A stretch of 64,000 nt of DNA. It comes from Thermoplasmatota archaeon (lineage in GTDB: Archaea; Thermoplasmatota; Penumbrarchaeia; Penumbrarchaeales; Penumbrarchaeaceae). The stretch covers positions 45,660 to 109,659 of the forward strand of contig CBDDUX010000040.1 in NCBI GenBank assembly GCA_965234725.1, written 5' to 3'. Shown piece by piece: positions 1 to 8,857 of the stretch. Position 1 is the first letter of the stretch; each line of letters opens with the position of its first letter. Under the pieces are notes generated by a model. The model did not search any database, was not told the DNA's origin, and saw nothing but the letters and a program-made list of their open reading frames with translations. The position numbers were made by a program, and so were the translations under genes.

Positions 1-2
1 AG

Positions 3-1577
3 AGGTCCGAGGATGTAGAGATGTATGTGCAGGGGAATCTCAGGAGCTGGAGAGATGTCCCGTTTAAGCAGACCACCGCAGGTTTCGGTACAAAGATCCT
101 TGATGTGGACCTCGATGGCAACAACGATGTTGTCTACGGGACCTTGGATGAGGGGATCAAAGTCTGGTTGGGCCAGGGAGAGGTAACTCTCACCAGCTTT
201 CCTTGTACTGAGGGTGATGAGGGTCTTCCCACAACAGACGGCCAATGGGACCAGGTGGAACTCTCTGATATCAATGGTGACGGAAAACCTGACCTGATAG
301 CAGCGATCAACTCAAGACCAACAGTCCATTGTTTCATCAATGATCTGCCCAGTGGCTGGTATGAGGTATTCACCGGTGATGAGGAGCTGTACGTCGGTGG
401 TCAAGCTTACGGGGCTAATTTCGGAGACTGGAATGGTGACGGTCAGATGGATATTGGAGCCTGCTCATGGGAAGACGGGGCTGATGCCTGGCTTCTTTCC
501 TCCCTACAAGGAACATCTCCTGTTGCGGATGCCGGATCTGACCGGACCGTGGATATTGGTGTTAAGGTGATACTTGACGGGTCCGGAAGCCGGGATCCTG
601 ACGGAGAGATCATTGAATGGGAGTGGGATTGCACATCTCATGATGTGGATCTGGAAGATGCCGAAACATCCTCACCAAGCTTCACACCCTCCGAGGAGGG
701 TATCTATGTCTTCAATCTCAGGGTCATGGACGATGATGACGAATGGTCACAGACCTCCACTGTAAGGATAACCGTAATCGATCCCACCCGGAATATCAAA
801 CCAGTAGCCTATGCTGGTGCTCCCCAACATGTAAACGTTGATGACCTTGTCGAACTTGATGGGTCCGGTTCAACAGATATGGATGGAAGCATTGTTGAAT
901 GGCAGTGGACCTGCACATCCCATAATGGTATATCACTTGAAGATGCAGATACAGCTTATCCCTCCTTCATACCAGATAAGGAAGGGACCTACAGGTTCCG
1001 ATTGATAGTTACCGATGATGATGGTGATGATTCCGATCCGGACCAGGTAACAGTTGAAGCATCCTACCAGGTATTCTATCCTCGATTGGGACCATTCAAC
1101 TATGAGAACGGAGAACCATTGTCGGGTGCAGATGTCATTTTAACCAGTGGTTCCGATGAAAAGAGGTCCATCACAGATGAAAATGGATATGCCACATTTG
1201 AGATGGGATTGATCGAAGGGACTTATACGTGTGTTGTGGAAAGGGATGGAGAGGTCCTGATAAAAGGCCTTTCGATAACCATTGCCTCCAACGGCAGGGT
1301 AACATATGGTGGAGGGTCCATTCCTGAAATTCCTGTAGATGAGGGGAACAGTAATACCATTTTCATCATCATTATCGCCGGGATCGTTGTGTTTGCCATA
1401 TTGACGATCGTGGTTTTCATGCTTGTCAGAAGGAGCGGAAAGGAGGATTTTATTGAGGTGGAGGTCTCCGATCAAGGGGGTGCTTATGCCTGTGAAAATT
1501 GTGGAACAACTCTGACCTACATGACAGACTTCAATATGTACTACTGCAGCAGCTGCGACAAATACGCAGGACAGTAG
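3..1577 (+). CDS. 5'-truncated surface protein: FG-GAP/VCBS-like repeats, two PKD-like domains, stalk domain, TM helix, C-terminal zinc ribbon
   Basis: Frame open from window start. DLDGNND/DINGDGKPD/DWNGDGQMD repeats; two 'P(V)A(D/Y)AG..V.LDGSGS.D.DG.I.EW.W' PKD units; TM IFIIIIAGIVVFAILTIVVFMLV; CENCG...YYCSSC. Confidence 0.85.
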   Translation, partial: RSEDVEMYVQGNLRSWRDVPFKQTTAGFGTKILDVDLDGNNDVVYGTLDEGIKVWLGQGEVTLTSFPCTEGDEGLPTTDGQWDQVELSDINGDGKPDLIAAINSRPTVHCFINDLPSGWYEVFTGDEELYVGGQAYGANFGDWNGDGQMDIGACSWEDGADAWLLSSLQGTSPVADAGSDRTVDIGVKVILDGSGSRDPDGEIIEWEWDCTSHDVDLEDAETSSPSFTPSEEGIYVFNLRVMDDDDEWSQTSTVRITVIDPTRNIKPVAYAGAPQHVNVDDLVELDGSGSTDMDGSIVEWQWTCTSHNGISLEDADTAYPSFIPDKEGTYRFRLIVTDDDGDDSDPDQVTVEASYQVFYPRLGPFNYENGEPLSGADVILTSGSDEKRSITDENGYATFEMGLIEGTYTCVVERDGEVLIKGLSITIASNGRVTYGGGSIPEIPVDEGNSNTIFIIIIAGIVVFAILTIVVFMLVRRSGKEDFIEVEVSDQGGAYACENCGTTLTYMTDFNMYYCSSCDKYAGQ

Positions 1578-1609
1578 GAGTCTCTTTGCTGAAGGTATAT
1601 AACAGGAAA

Positions 1610-4600
1610 TCATTCCTCATCTTCCGCCGGTCTGCTTCTCCTCGATATAATGATGATAGCGGAGATCGAGATGAGCAGGATCACAAGTATAAGGATGATT
1701 ATCCAGATCATATTTCCGTTGTCATCATCATCCGATCCGGGTTCATCTATAGGTGGTTCTTCGCTTTTCAATGATAAGGCCGGTGGTCCTTCTTCCAGAA
1801 GGCCTTCCATTGTGATCTTCGTGCTGTATTGGATCGGTTCGTAACCATCCAGAGAGATCGAGATATTAACATCCGAACCAAGAAGGTCCTTCGAAAGGTT
1901 GAATTCGGCAATACCGTCCGGACCTGTGTTGTTTTCCAGGGTGAGGGTACTAATTGTGATGACGATCCTGCAATTATCCAGGAAAGAACCCGTTTCATTC
2001 CTTATCGGACCTATGGATAGAATGAAGTGGACTGTAACATTATCGATCACATCCTGGATCTTAACCATGGGAGGTGGTAATGTTTCCAGCAAACCCTCCT
2101 TTGTAATATTGGTGGAGTAGGTAAGGTTCTGATAACCTTCCTTGAAAAGGGTGATAACAACAGGAATACCATAGGATGATCTTGCAAGGATGAAGTATGT
2201 ATTCCCATCCAGGTCTGATAGGGAACTATCTTCAAACCCTTCCAAGGAGATCGATACCGAGACATTATCCAGGACCGTTCCGTTCTCATCGATTATCGGT
2301 CCAATGGTCAGTGAGTAATTACCAATTTCAAACGCTTCTCCTGCGATCCCAAATATCGAAAAATGATCCAGATCGATCTGGATATAACCCGCATAATCCA
2401 TCCCATTCAAGTTGAGATCGGTGGTGTTCACCCTTGAGATCGAGGAAAGGTTCATCCAGGTTCCATTCTCCAACCTGTAGATCGTGAGAGTGGATTCATC
2501 TATATCGCCCGTATCATCGGCATCCCCGTCATTATTTCTGTCCAGATCATCGACAGTGTAATAGATCCTCAGTTCCGCCCAGCTGACCTCCACATCTCCG
2601 GTAAGGTCCACCTGTATGAACCTGTCAATTGGATATCGATCGAGAGGTATCCCTGAAGATACTTTCATTGGTGTCGGTGGATCCATAAGGTGGGTCAATT
2701 CCAGTTTAGCTGTTGAATTTCCTTTGAATTCACAGAAGAGAGCGGCATCCACAGCTCTGGTAAGGTCCAATGAATCGAAGTTGATGAATCCCACGGGAGT
2801 CATGTAATCAGAGACCACGTGACCGGACTCAACGGACATCATTATGCTCTTGAATATTCCAAGGATCCTGTTGTGGTCGTTTTGGAGTGGTTTCGAAATA
2901 AGTATCACCGTCTGGTTAGGGGACCATACACCGTATCTGACAACACACCTATTCTCCATGGAAGAGTTCATGGCCTCAAGAAGATAAGGAGTATCTTTCA
3001 GGAGTTGATAGATCAGATTTCCGGATGTTCCCTGATCCATCGATGGTTTCCCGACGATAACGATATACTGATCCGTTATCCCCTCAGCCTCGTCAGGAGC
3101 CAGCTCATTGATGATAACGGAACCCTGTCCGGAAAGGCCGTTCTTCAGCATATCCGAGTCCTTTGTACTATCTGAGATGAAGGTTATATTTTCAAGCTCC
3201 ACTGTGAAATCAAGGTCAGATCCATCCGGGATACCATCCCCATCCGAATCCCTACTGAATGGATTGTATCCGATCTCCAGCTCTCTGGAGTCCAACATCC
3301 CGTCCCCGTCTGTGTCGTTGTTTATAGGATTCAGCTTCATCTCTATCTCGAAACCATCCGGAAGAAGGTCCCCGTCGCTGTCTCCAGAGGTTGGATCGGT
3401 TTCGTATATCATCTCTATTCCATCCGGGATCCCATCGCCATCATCATCGGATTTGTAGGCATTAGTACCCAATTCCAACTCCTCATTATCAAAGAGGGAA
3501 TCCCTGTCCGGATCCGGGTCCAGAGGATCATAGCCCATTTGTTTCTCCTCGTTATCGCTCAATCCGTCATCGTCGGTATCGGGATCCCTGGGATTGGTTC
3601 CTAAAAGGAATTCCCACTTATCGCTCAGCCCGTCCCCGTCGGTATCATAAAGTAGAGGATCACCACCCCATGCCAGTTCAAGGGAATCGCTCAATGTATC
3701 CCGGTCGGAATCGAAATGAAGCGGATCGGTCCCATTCTCCAATTCGAAGAGGTCACCGAGTCCATCCCTGTCCGTATCCGTGGAATTGGGATCTGTTAAA
3801 AGGTACTTTTCGTAGGAATCATTCAAACCATCATCGTCCGTGTCAAAGATCTTCGGACTGGAGAGGACGATCTCTGAGACATCTCCCTCGGGGGTTGTCG
3901 AGTTGCATAACCACCCGACCATTTCCTCGTCATCCGGAAGACCGTCAGAATCCGTATCATCCGCAACGAGGTCCTCATCGACCCTGTGAAGGGTAGTCAG
4001 CATATCGAAAAGAATGATCCTCCCTTTGTAGGTGCCTGAACCTGTATTTCCACCCACATAGATCTTATCATCATCACCAACATAGATGGAGGTCTCGGAA
4101 AGACCTGTATTCCATTCTGCCAGCATTCTTCTGTTCCTGTCGAAGACCTGTATCCTATCGTATGTCTGGTCCTCGTCACAGATGTAAATATTGTCATCTT
4201 TATCGATGAAAATATCTCCCGGTTTTCCAAACTGGGGGACCTGCCAGGTGAAGTTCTCTGTCAGGTCAGGATTGTATACATGTACAACCCTATTCTTGAT
4301 ATCTAACAGGAAGATATCTCCAAAACTGTTGACAGCAATTGAATTGCCCTCCAATGCTCCGATACTGCCGGGTCCGGAGTAATAGGGTAACTGTTTGTAA
4401 CGAAGTTCCGTTCCATTCGGGTCGAAGACCACAATGTACGGCCATTCTCCTGGACCTATCCCCATTGCATAAACATTGTCCTCCTCATCCACCCACATCG
4501 TTGAAACGGTCCCGATATGATTATTGTACCATTTCGCTTTGATATTGCCGTTCGTATCTAACAGATATAATTTGATATTACCGTCCCATCCATATGTACC

Positions 4601-7600
4601 CACATAGACCGTTCCGTTCGGTCCGATGAATACGGATGAGACCTCATCAAGATATGTATCGCTCCACTGCGTGAATTTCACGGCCCATTTGTAGTACCCA
4701 TCCTTATCGATCTTCAACAGGTAATCGCTGCTGTAACCCTTTATGTAGAAACTTCCATCCGGTCCGACTGCCATTTCATTGCACTCGGCGAATTTCCTTG
4801 ATTCGTCATCGCCTATGACCTCATCTTCAACGATATCTATGGTGGTATAATCCGTCAAAAGATCGTTTGTACCATTACCGTCGGTATCCATTGATAACGG
4901 ATTCAGGTTGCAGTAGAATTCCATTAGATCATTGATACCGTCTCCATCGGTGTCATTCAATGTCGGATCGGATACTATATGCCAGTAGAATGGGGTCCCG
5001 TCATAAGTGAAATTGACGACCCAACCTTCCAGTTCCAGATAATCGGTGAGCCCATCATTATCCGTGTCATCGTTCCGAAGGTCCATCCCTTTCTTGACCT
5101 CTAATCTATCGTTCAATCCGTCCAGGTCCGTATCTGGATCGGTGGGATCATATCCCATTTCAAGCTCGTAAGGATCACCAAGACCATCCCCGTCCGAATC
5201 CCATTTCCACTGACTGGTTCCTATCTCCTGGGATGCATTCAGTGTATCTCCATCCGGATCTGACCTCTTCAGATATCCCCATCTTGAAAGGTCATCCATG
5301 TTCTCGGGCATTATGTCGAAGTACATTGTATCCATTTGAGAATAATCCGTATCTGTAACATTCTTCCTCTCCCAGAGTCCTGGGAACCAGAAGGCAACGT
5401 AATTGTATTCCTCGTAGAAGACCTTGTATTCCGTTTTAAAAATGGTGGAAACAGGATAATTGATCATTCCGAATCCCGGCTCTACGTATGCTCCGATCTC
5501 CCATTGTGTGTCCTTTCTCTGATCGGTCTCTGTCTCTTTTATCACATTTTGATAAGTGCCTCTCTTCGACCATTTCGTTCCAGTATAGCCTGCTTCGGCG
5601 GGTTTTGAAGGAACATAGATGATGTAACCGGGTTTGATGTATCCTTCTTCGACATCTTCCTTACCACCCCATCTGGTCCTCACAACCGATGTGTTGACAA
5701 TACTTTCCATTTCGAACCTGTCACCGGCATCAAGGCCGTTACCGGTCCTATCGATCATGTCCATTGAAGTGGAGACGATCTCCAGGTCCAGGTCGCAGAA
5801 TGTCCTTGCCCCTGCTACAAGTCCCAGGATCCAGTTCATGATGATATCCTGATAGCCCGAGACCCCAGGGATCCATGTCAGGATCAGGTCCACAAGGTCT
5901 GCAATGAGCATTATGATCCCAATAATGGTCCCGACAATAGGGATCAGTCCGATCAAGAACATGACGATGGAATATCCCATCTGGAGCATGAACTGTGCCG
6001 TAGCAACAGAAGCCGAGAAAGCATCCCAGCCGTTGCTGCAGCATATCATGATAAGGTTGAAGACACCGATCCCGTAATCAATGATGAGGCCCACTATATC
6101 GAGTATAGGACCTATGGTGTCAAGGAATTTCAGGACATCCTTTACCGTGTCCACGACCTTCACGATCTTGAGTGCGGTAATGATCGATTTCAATCCGTCC
6201 CCAATATAACTCCCGGCCTTGGCAAGGATATCCACCTTTGCTCCAATTTCGATGATATCCTTGAAACCGCCCATGATGGTCATGGGTGCTCCAACCAACC
6301 ATTTGGCAGTGTTGAATATGTTCATTCCAATGGTGTATGCGTCCAGGTTGACCTCGGGAACATTCCAGTTGGTAACCTGGTCACCAACGGAAATTACCGT
6401 GGAATCCCCGATCGCCCAGAACAACAACAGTGATGCTGTATCCGTTCCCGTGTTCCTGTTCAATCCCCAGGAGGCAACCTCACCGATCAATTCACCAGGG
6501 TCAAGGGGATCTGTAGAGGGAGCCTCATACCAGGTGGTCTTCATCATCCTCGATCTGATCACTGGCTCATTTCCAAGGTCTATCACAAAGGACCGTCCGT
6601 CTATGGGATCAAGGTCTCTGAGATCCATGATGGAGGAGGAATCCTCAATTAAGGTGATCAATGGGAGTATGCTTTCATCAGGGAGGGTTGAAACGGCCTC
6701 TCCGGAAATGCGATTGATAGAATCAAGAAGTGCTTCATCCTGGTGATCGTAAGTTCCCTCTACGCTGTCAAGAGTGAGGTTCTTATCACTCAGCACGGAT
6801 TTAATATCACCCATCTGGAACGTATCATTCCTCATGAAATCCCTTGATAATATCACAAGGGACATCAAAAGTTCCTCAAGGTCATTACCGTAAAAAACAC
6901 CCAATTCGGTTCCGAAGTTCTCCGATGCCCTCAATCCGACGATGGAGAATTTTTCGGGATATGTAATAAGGTTGATCATCTGAGTCTTGATACCTGCATC
7001 CTCTATCTTGAACTTGGAATTCTCACCGGAAGAGGAGGTGGAGGTTTTCAATGTTCCATCGGTCTGGAGGGTAAGGTATTTTCCAGTGTTGGTAATCAGA
7101 TATTCAAGGTCCCCTGCCGGCGATCTCTGGAACTTGCAGTTATCTCCGAGTTCGTTCCAGGATGCAGTGAGGAACCCCGATCCATCGGTTCCAAGATAAT
7201 TCCCGTTCATTGCTTTGAAGGCTATCTGGTCCGATCCCAGTTCCTCAATGACGAATCCCTGATGGTCAGATATTGAGGATGCATTTGCATTGGGTTTTCC
7301 GTTATCCGCAGATGAAAGGTATTTCCCGTTGTTTGCTTTGATGGAACTTACCTTTTGATCGGTATTGGCGGTCACTGACCATTCGAAGGAGAGGTCCAGG
7401 TCAAGGTCGGTCGGTTCCCCGGCGGGGATGAACATCTTCCCCCTGAGTGCAACGATCTGGCCGTATTCCCTCTCAGGGAACATCGGGATGATGCATGTAT
7501 CTCCATCCACCACAATTCCATAATCTATCACATCATCCTGGTCCGGGACATGGTTCATTTTGATCTTCAGGATCGGATTAATGAACATGTCCTCCTCGGA

Positions 7601-8242
7601 ATCGTCCAGATCCTTCATCATCGCCTTTTCATCATGGGGCCAATCATAGGACCCGATGATCATGTTCATATGGGACGGGTTTTGAGGTCTGATCTGAAAT
7701 GAGATGTACACATATTCTGATGTTGTGTTCAGGTCAAGGTGGAATGAACTCTTGACAGCTGTCTTTGAAAATGGAGAGAGATCGGTGGTATCTTCCAGAC
7801 CATCATTGTCATTATCACTGTCCCATGCATTGGAAATCCCATCTCCATCCGCATCCGTTGGGACATCGATCATCTCCATGCCGTCCGGAAGTCCATCGTT
7901 ATTGGAGTCCATCTTGTGGGGGTCCGTATTCATTGAGATCTCAACAGGATCGTTAACCTTGTCATTGTCCGTATCCTCTGAAAAAGGATCCGTTCCTATG
8001 ACCAGTTCAACCGAATCCGGTATCGTATCCAGATCAGAGTCGGTCATGTCATTAGTTGCCGAGATCAGATCCTCGACAAGACCGGAAAGGTTCCGGTATG
8101 GTCCCGGAACAATGTCATATCTTGTCTGATCCTTCTCCTCTTCTCCGATCCAACCATGAACAACCGGAAGGAAAACCATGGTCAGAAGAACAGACACACT
8201 CAAGATCGAAATATTACGTCTGCGGTTAAAGATCATTCCCAC
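1610..8242 (-). CDS. Giant (2210 aa) secreted, C-terminally anchored multidomain protein with Ca-binding DxDxDG repeats, fascin-like beta-trefoil, internal hydrophobic helical block, NHL-like propeller and PGF-pre-PGF-like domain
   Basis: Signal peptide; three arrays of D(S/T)DxDG..D..E repeats; KANNGKYLS/FKAMNGNYLG/TNTGKYLT motifs; 'IAVNSFGDIFLLD','DIFIDKDDNIYICD'; 'LRIYYT..IDESTLTIYR..HFSIFGIAG'; C-terminal TM then SRRSR. Confidence 0.85.
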   Translation of the reverse strand: MGMIFNRRRNISILSVSVLLTMVFLPVVHGWIGEEEKDQTRYDIVPGPYRNLSGLVEDLISATNDMTDSDLDTIPDSVELVIGTDPFSEDTDNDKVNDPVEISMNTDPHKMDSNNDGLPDGMEMIDVPTDADGDGISNAWDSDNDNDGLEDTTDLSPFSKTAVKSSFHLDLNTTSEYVYISFQIRPQNPSHMNMIIGSYDWPHDEKAMMKDLDDSEEDMFINPILKIKMNHVPDQDDVIDYGIVVDGDTCIIPMFPEREYGQIVALRGKMFIPAGEPTDLDLDLSFEWSVTANTDQKVSSIKANNGKYLSSADNGKPNANASSISDHQGFVIEELGSDQIAFKAMNGNYLGTDGSGFLTASWNELGDNCKFQRSPAGDLEYLITNTGKYLTLQTDGTLKTSTSSSGENSKFKIEDAGIKTQMINLITYPEKFSIVGLRASENFGTELGVFYGNDLEELLMSLVILSRDFMRNDTFQMGDIKSVLSDKNLTLDSVEGTYDHQDEALLDSINRISGEAVSTLPDESILPLITLIEDSSSIMDLRDLDPIDGRSFVIDLGNEPVIRSRMMKTTWYEAPSTDPLDPGELIGEVASWGLNRNTGTDTASLLLFWAIGDSTVISVGDQVTNWNVPEVNLDAYTIGMNIFNTAKWLVGAPMTIMGGFKDIIEIGAKVDILAKAGSYIGDGLKSIITALKIVKVVDTVKDVLKFLDTIGPILDIVGLIIDYGIGVFNLIMICCSNGWDAFSASVATAQFMLQMGYSIVMFLIGLIPIVGTIIGIIMLIADLVDLILTWIPGVSGYQDIIMNWILGLVAGARTFCDLDLEIVSTSMDMIDRTGNGLDAGDRFEMESIVNTSVVRTRWGGKEDVEEGYIKPGYIIYVPSKPAEAGYTGTKWSKRGTYQNVIKETETDQRKDTQWEIGAYVEPGFGMINYPVSTIFKTEYKVFYEEYNYVAFWFPGLWERKNVTDTDYSQMDTMYFDIMPENMDDLSRWGYLKRSDPDGDTLNASQEIGTSQWKWDSDGDGLGDPYELEMGYDPTDPDTDLDGLNDRLEVKKGMDLRNDDTDNDGLTDYLELEGWVVNFTYDGTPFYWHIVSDPTLNDTDGDGINDLMEFYCNLNPLSMDTDGNGTNDLLTDYTTIDIVEDEVIGDDESRKFAECNEMAVGPDGSFYIKGYSSDYLLKIDKDGYYKWAVKFTQWSDTYLDEVSSVFIGPNGTVYVGTYGWDGNIKLYLLDTNGNIKAKWYNNHIGTVSTMWVDEEDNVYAMGIGPGEWPYIVVFDPNGTELRYKQLPYYSGPGSIGALEGNSIAVNSFGDIFLLDIKNRVVHVYNPDLTENFTWQVPQFGKPGDIFIDKDDNIYICDEDQTYDRIQVFDRNRRMLAEWNTGLSETSIYVGDDDKIYVGGNTGSGTYKGRIILFDMLTTLHRVDEDLVADDTDSDGLPDDEEMVGWLCNSTTPEGDVSEIVLSSPKIFDTDDDGLNDSYEKYLLTDPNSTDTDRDGLGDLFELENGTDPLHFDSDRDTLSDSLELAWGGDPLLYDTDGDGLSDKWEFLLGTNPRDPDTDDDGLSDNEEKQMGYDPLDPDPDRDSLFDNEELELGTNAYKSDDDGDGIPDGIEMIYETDPTSGDSDGDLLPDGFEIEMKLNPINNDTDGDGMLDSRELEIGYNPFSRDSDGDGIPDGSDLDFTVELENITFISDSTKDSDMLKNGLSGQGSVIINELAPDEAEGITDQYIVIVGKPSMDQGTSGNLIYQLLKDTPYLLEAMNSSMENRCVVRYGVWSPNQTVILISKPLQNDHNRILGIFKSIMMSVESGHVVSDYMTPVGFINFDSLDLTRAVDAALFCEFKGNSTAKLELTHLMDPPTPMKVSSGIPLDRYPIDRFIQVDLTGDVEVSWAELRIYYTVDDLDRNNDGDADDTGDIDESTLTIYRLENGTWMNLSSISRVNTTDLNLNGMDYAGYIQIDLDHFSIFGIAGEAFEIGNYSLTIGPIIDENGTVLDNVSVSISLEGFEDSSLSDLDGNTYFILARSSYGIPVVITLFKEGYQNLTYSTNITKEGLLETLPPPMVKIQDVIDNVTVHFILSIGPIRNETGSFLDNCRIVITISTLTLENNTGPDGIAEFNLSKDLLGSDVNISISLDGYEPIQYSTKITMEGLLEEGPPALSLKSEEPPIDEPGSDDDDNGNMIWIIILILVILLISISAIIIISRRSRPAEDEE

Positions 8243-8412
8243 ACCTCTATGGAATACAGTTCTTTCACAGTTTATATATTATTTATAATATATTGTGCTT
8301 TCAATTTGAATGTATTTCTAAAAATATACCGATATTATTGATGTTTTTTATTGGTCGACGAAGACATTTTCAATAAGGATCAAGAAATTCCAAGGATCAG
8401 GATCAAGTATCA

Positions 8413-8775
8413 TCATTCAATACGACAATCAGAACAGTCCAGATGCTCACACACCTTGTTATCGACCTTCCACTTAAGGGCCCAGCACTTGAACTGCTTG
8501 ATCACATCGATGAGCTCGGATCCGCTTTCGGTCAGATCATATTCAACTTTTATTGGAACCTGAGTTGAATCAACTGATTTTGTGATCAGTCCGGATCCTG
8601 CAAGCTCCTTCAATCTCTGGGAGAGGACCTTTGGTGTAATGTCGCAAAGACCGTTCTTGATATCAGTGTACCTTTTCGGTCCCCCTCCTCCCCTGTGGAT
8701 CTCGAGGAGGATCACCATTGACCATCTCTTGGCTATCAGGTCGATGGTCTTATATACTGTGCAGTCCGAGTGCAT
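8413..8775 (-). CDS. HxlR/HypR-family winged-helix transcriptional regulator
   Basis: CTVYKTIDLIAKRWS..IL, ITPKVLSQRLKEL, VPIKVEYDLTESG; divergent from hcp; ATG at 8775 chosen. Confidence 0.9.
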   Translation of the reverse strand: MHSDCTVYKTIDLIAKRWSMVILLEIHRGGGGPKRYTDIKNGLCDITPKVLSQRLKELAGSGLITKSVDSTQVPIKVEYDLTESGSELIDVIKQFKCWALKWKVDNKVCEHLDCSDCRIE

Positions 8776-8857
8776 GGTATACAATTAGATACTCTCTAAT
8801 TGATATACTTTTGTATCATTAGGGTAGTAGATAGCAAAAAGATACCAGGTGAATAGA

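Noticed and set aside
3210-3970. Periodic DNA similarity as a CRISPR or tandem repeat array
   Set aside because: Degenerate coding repeats (DxDxDG), with no identical repeat-spacer structure
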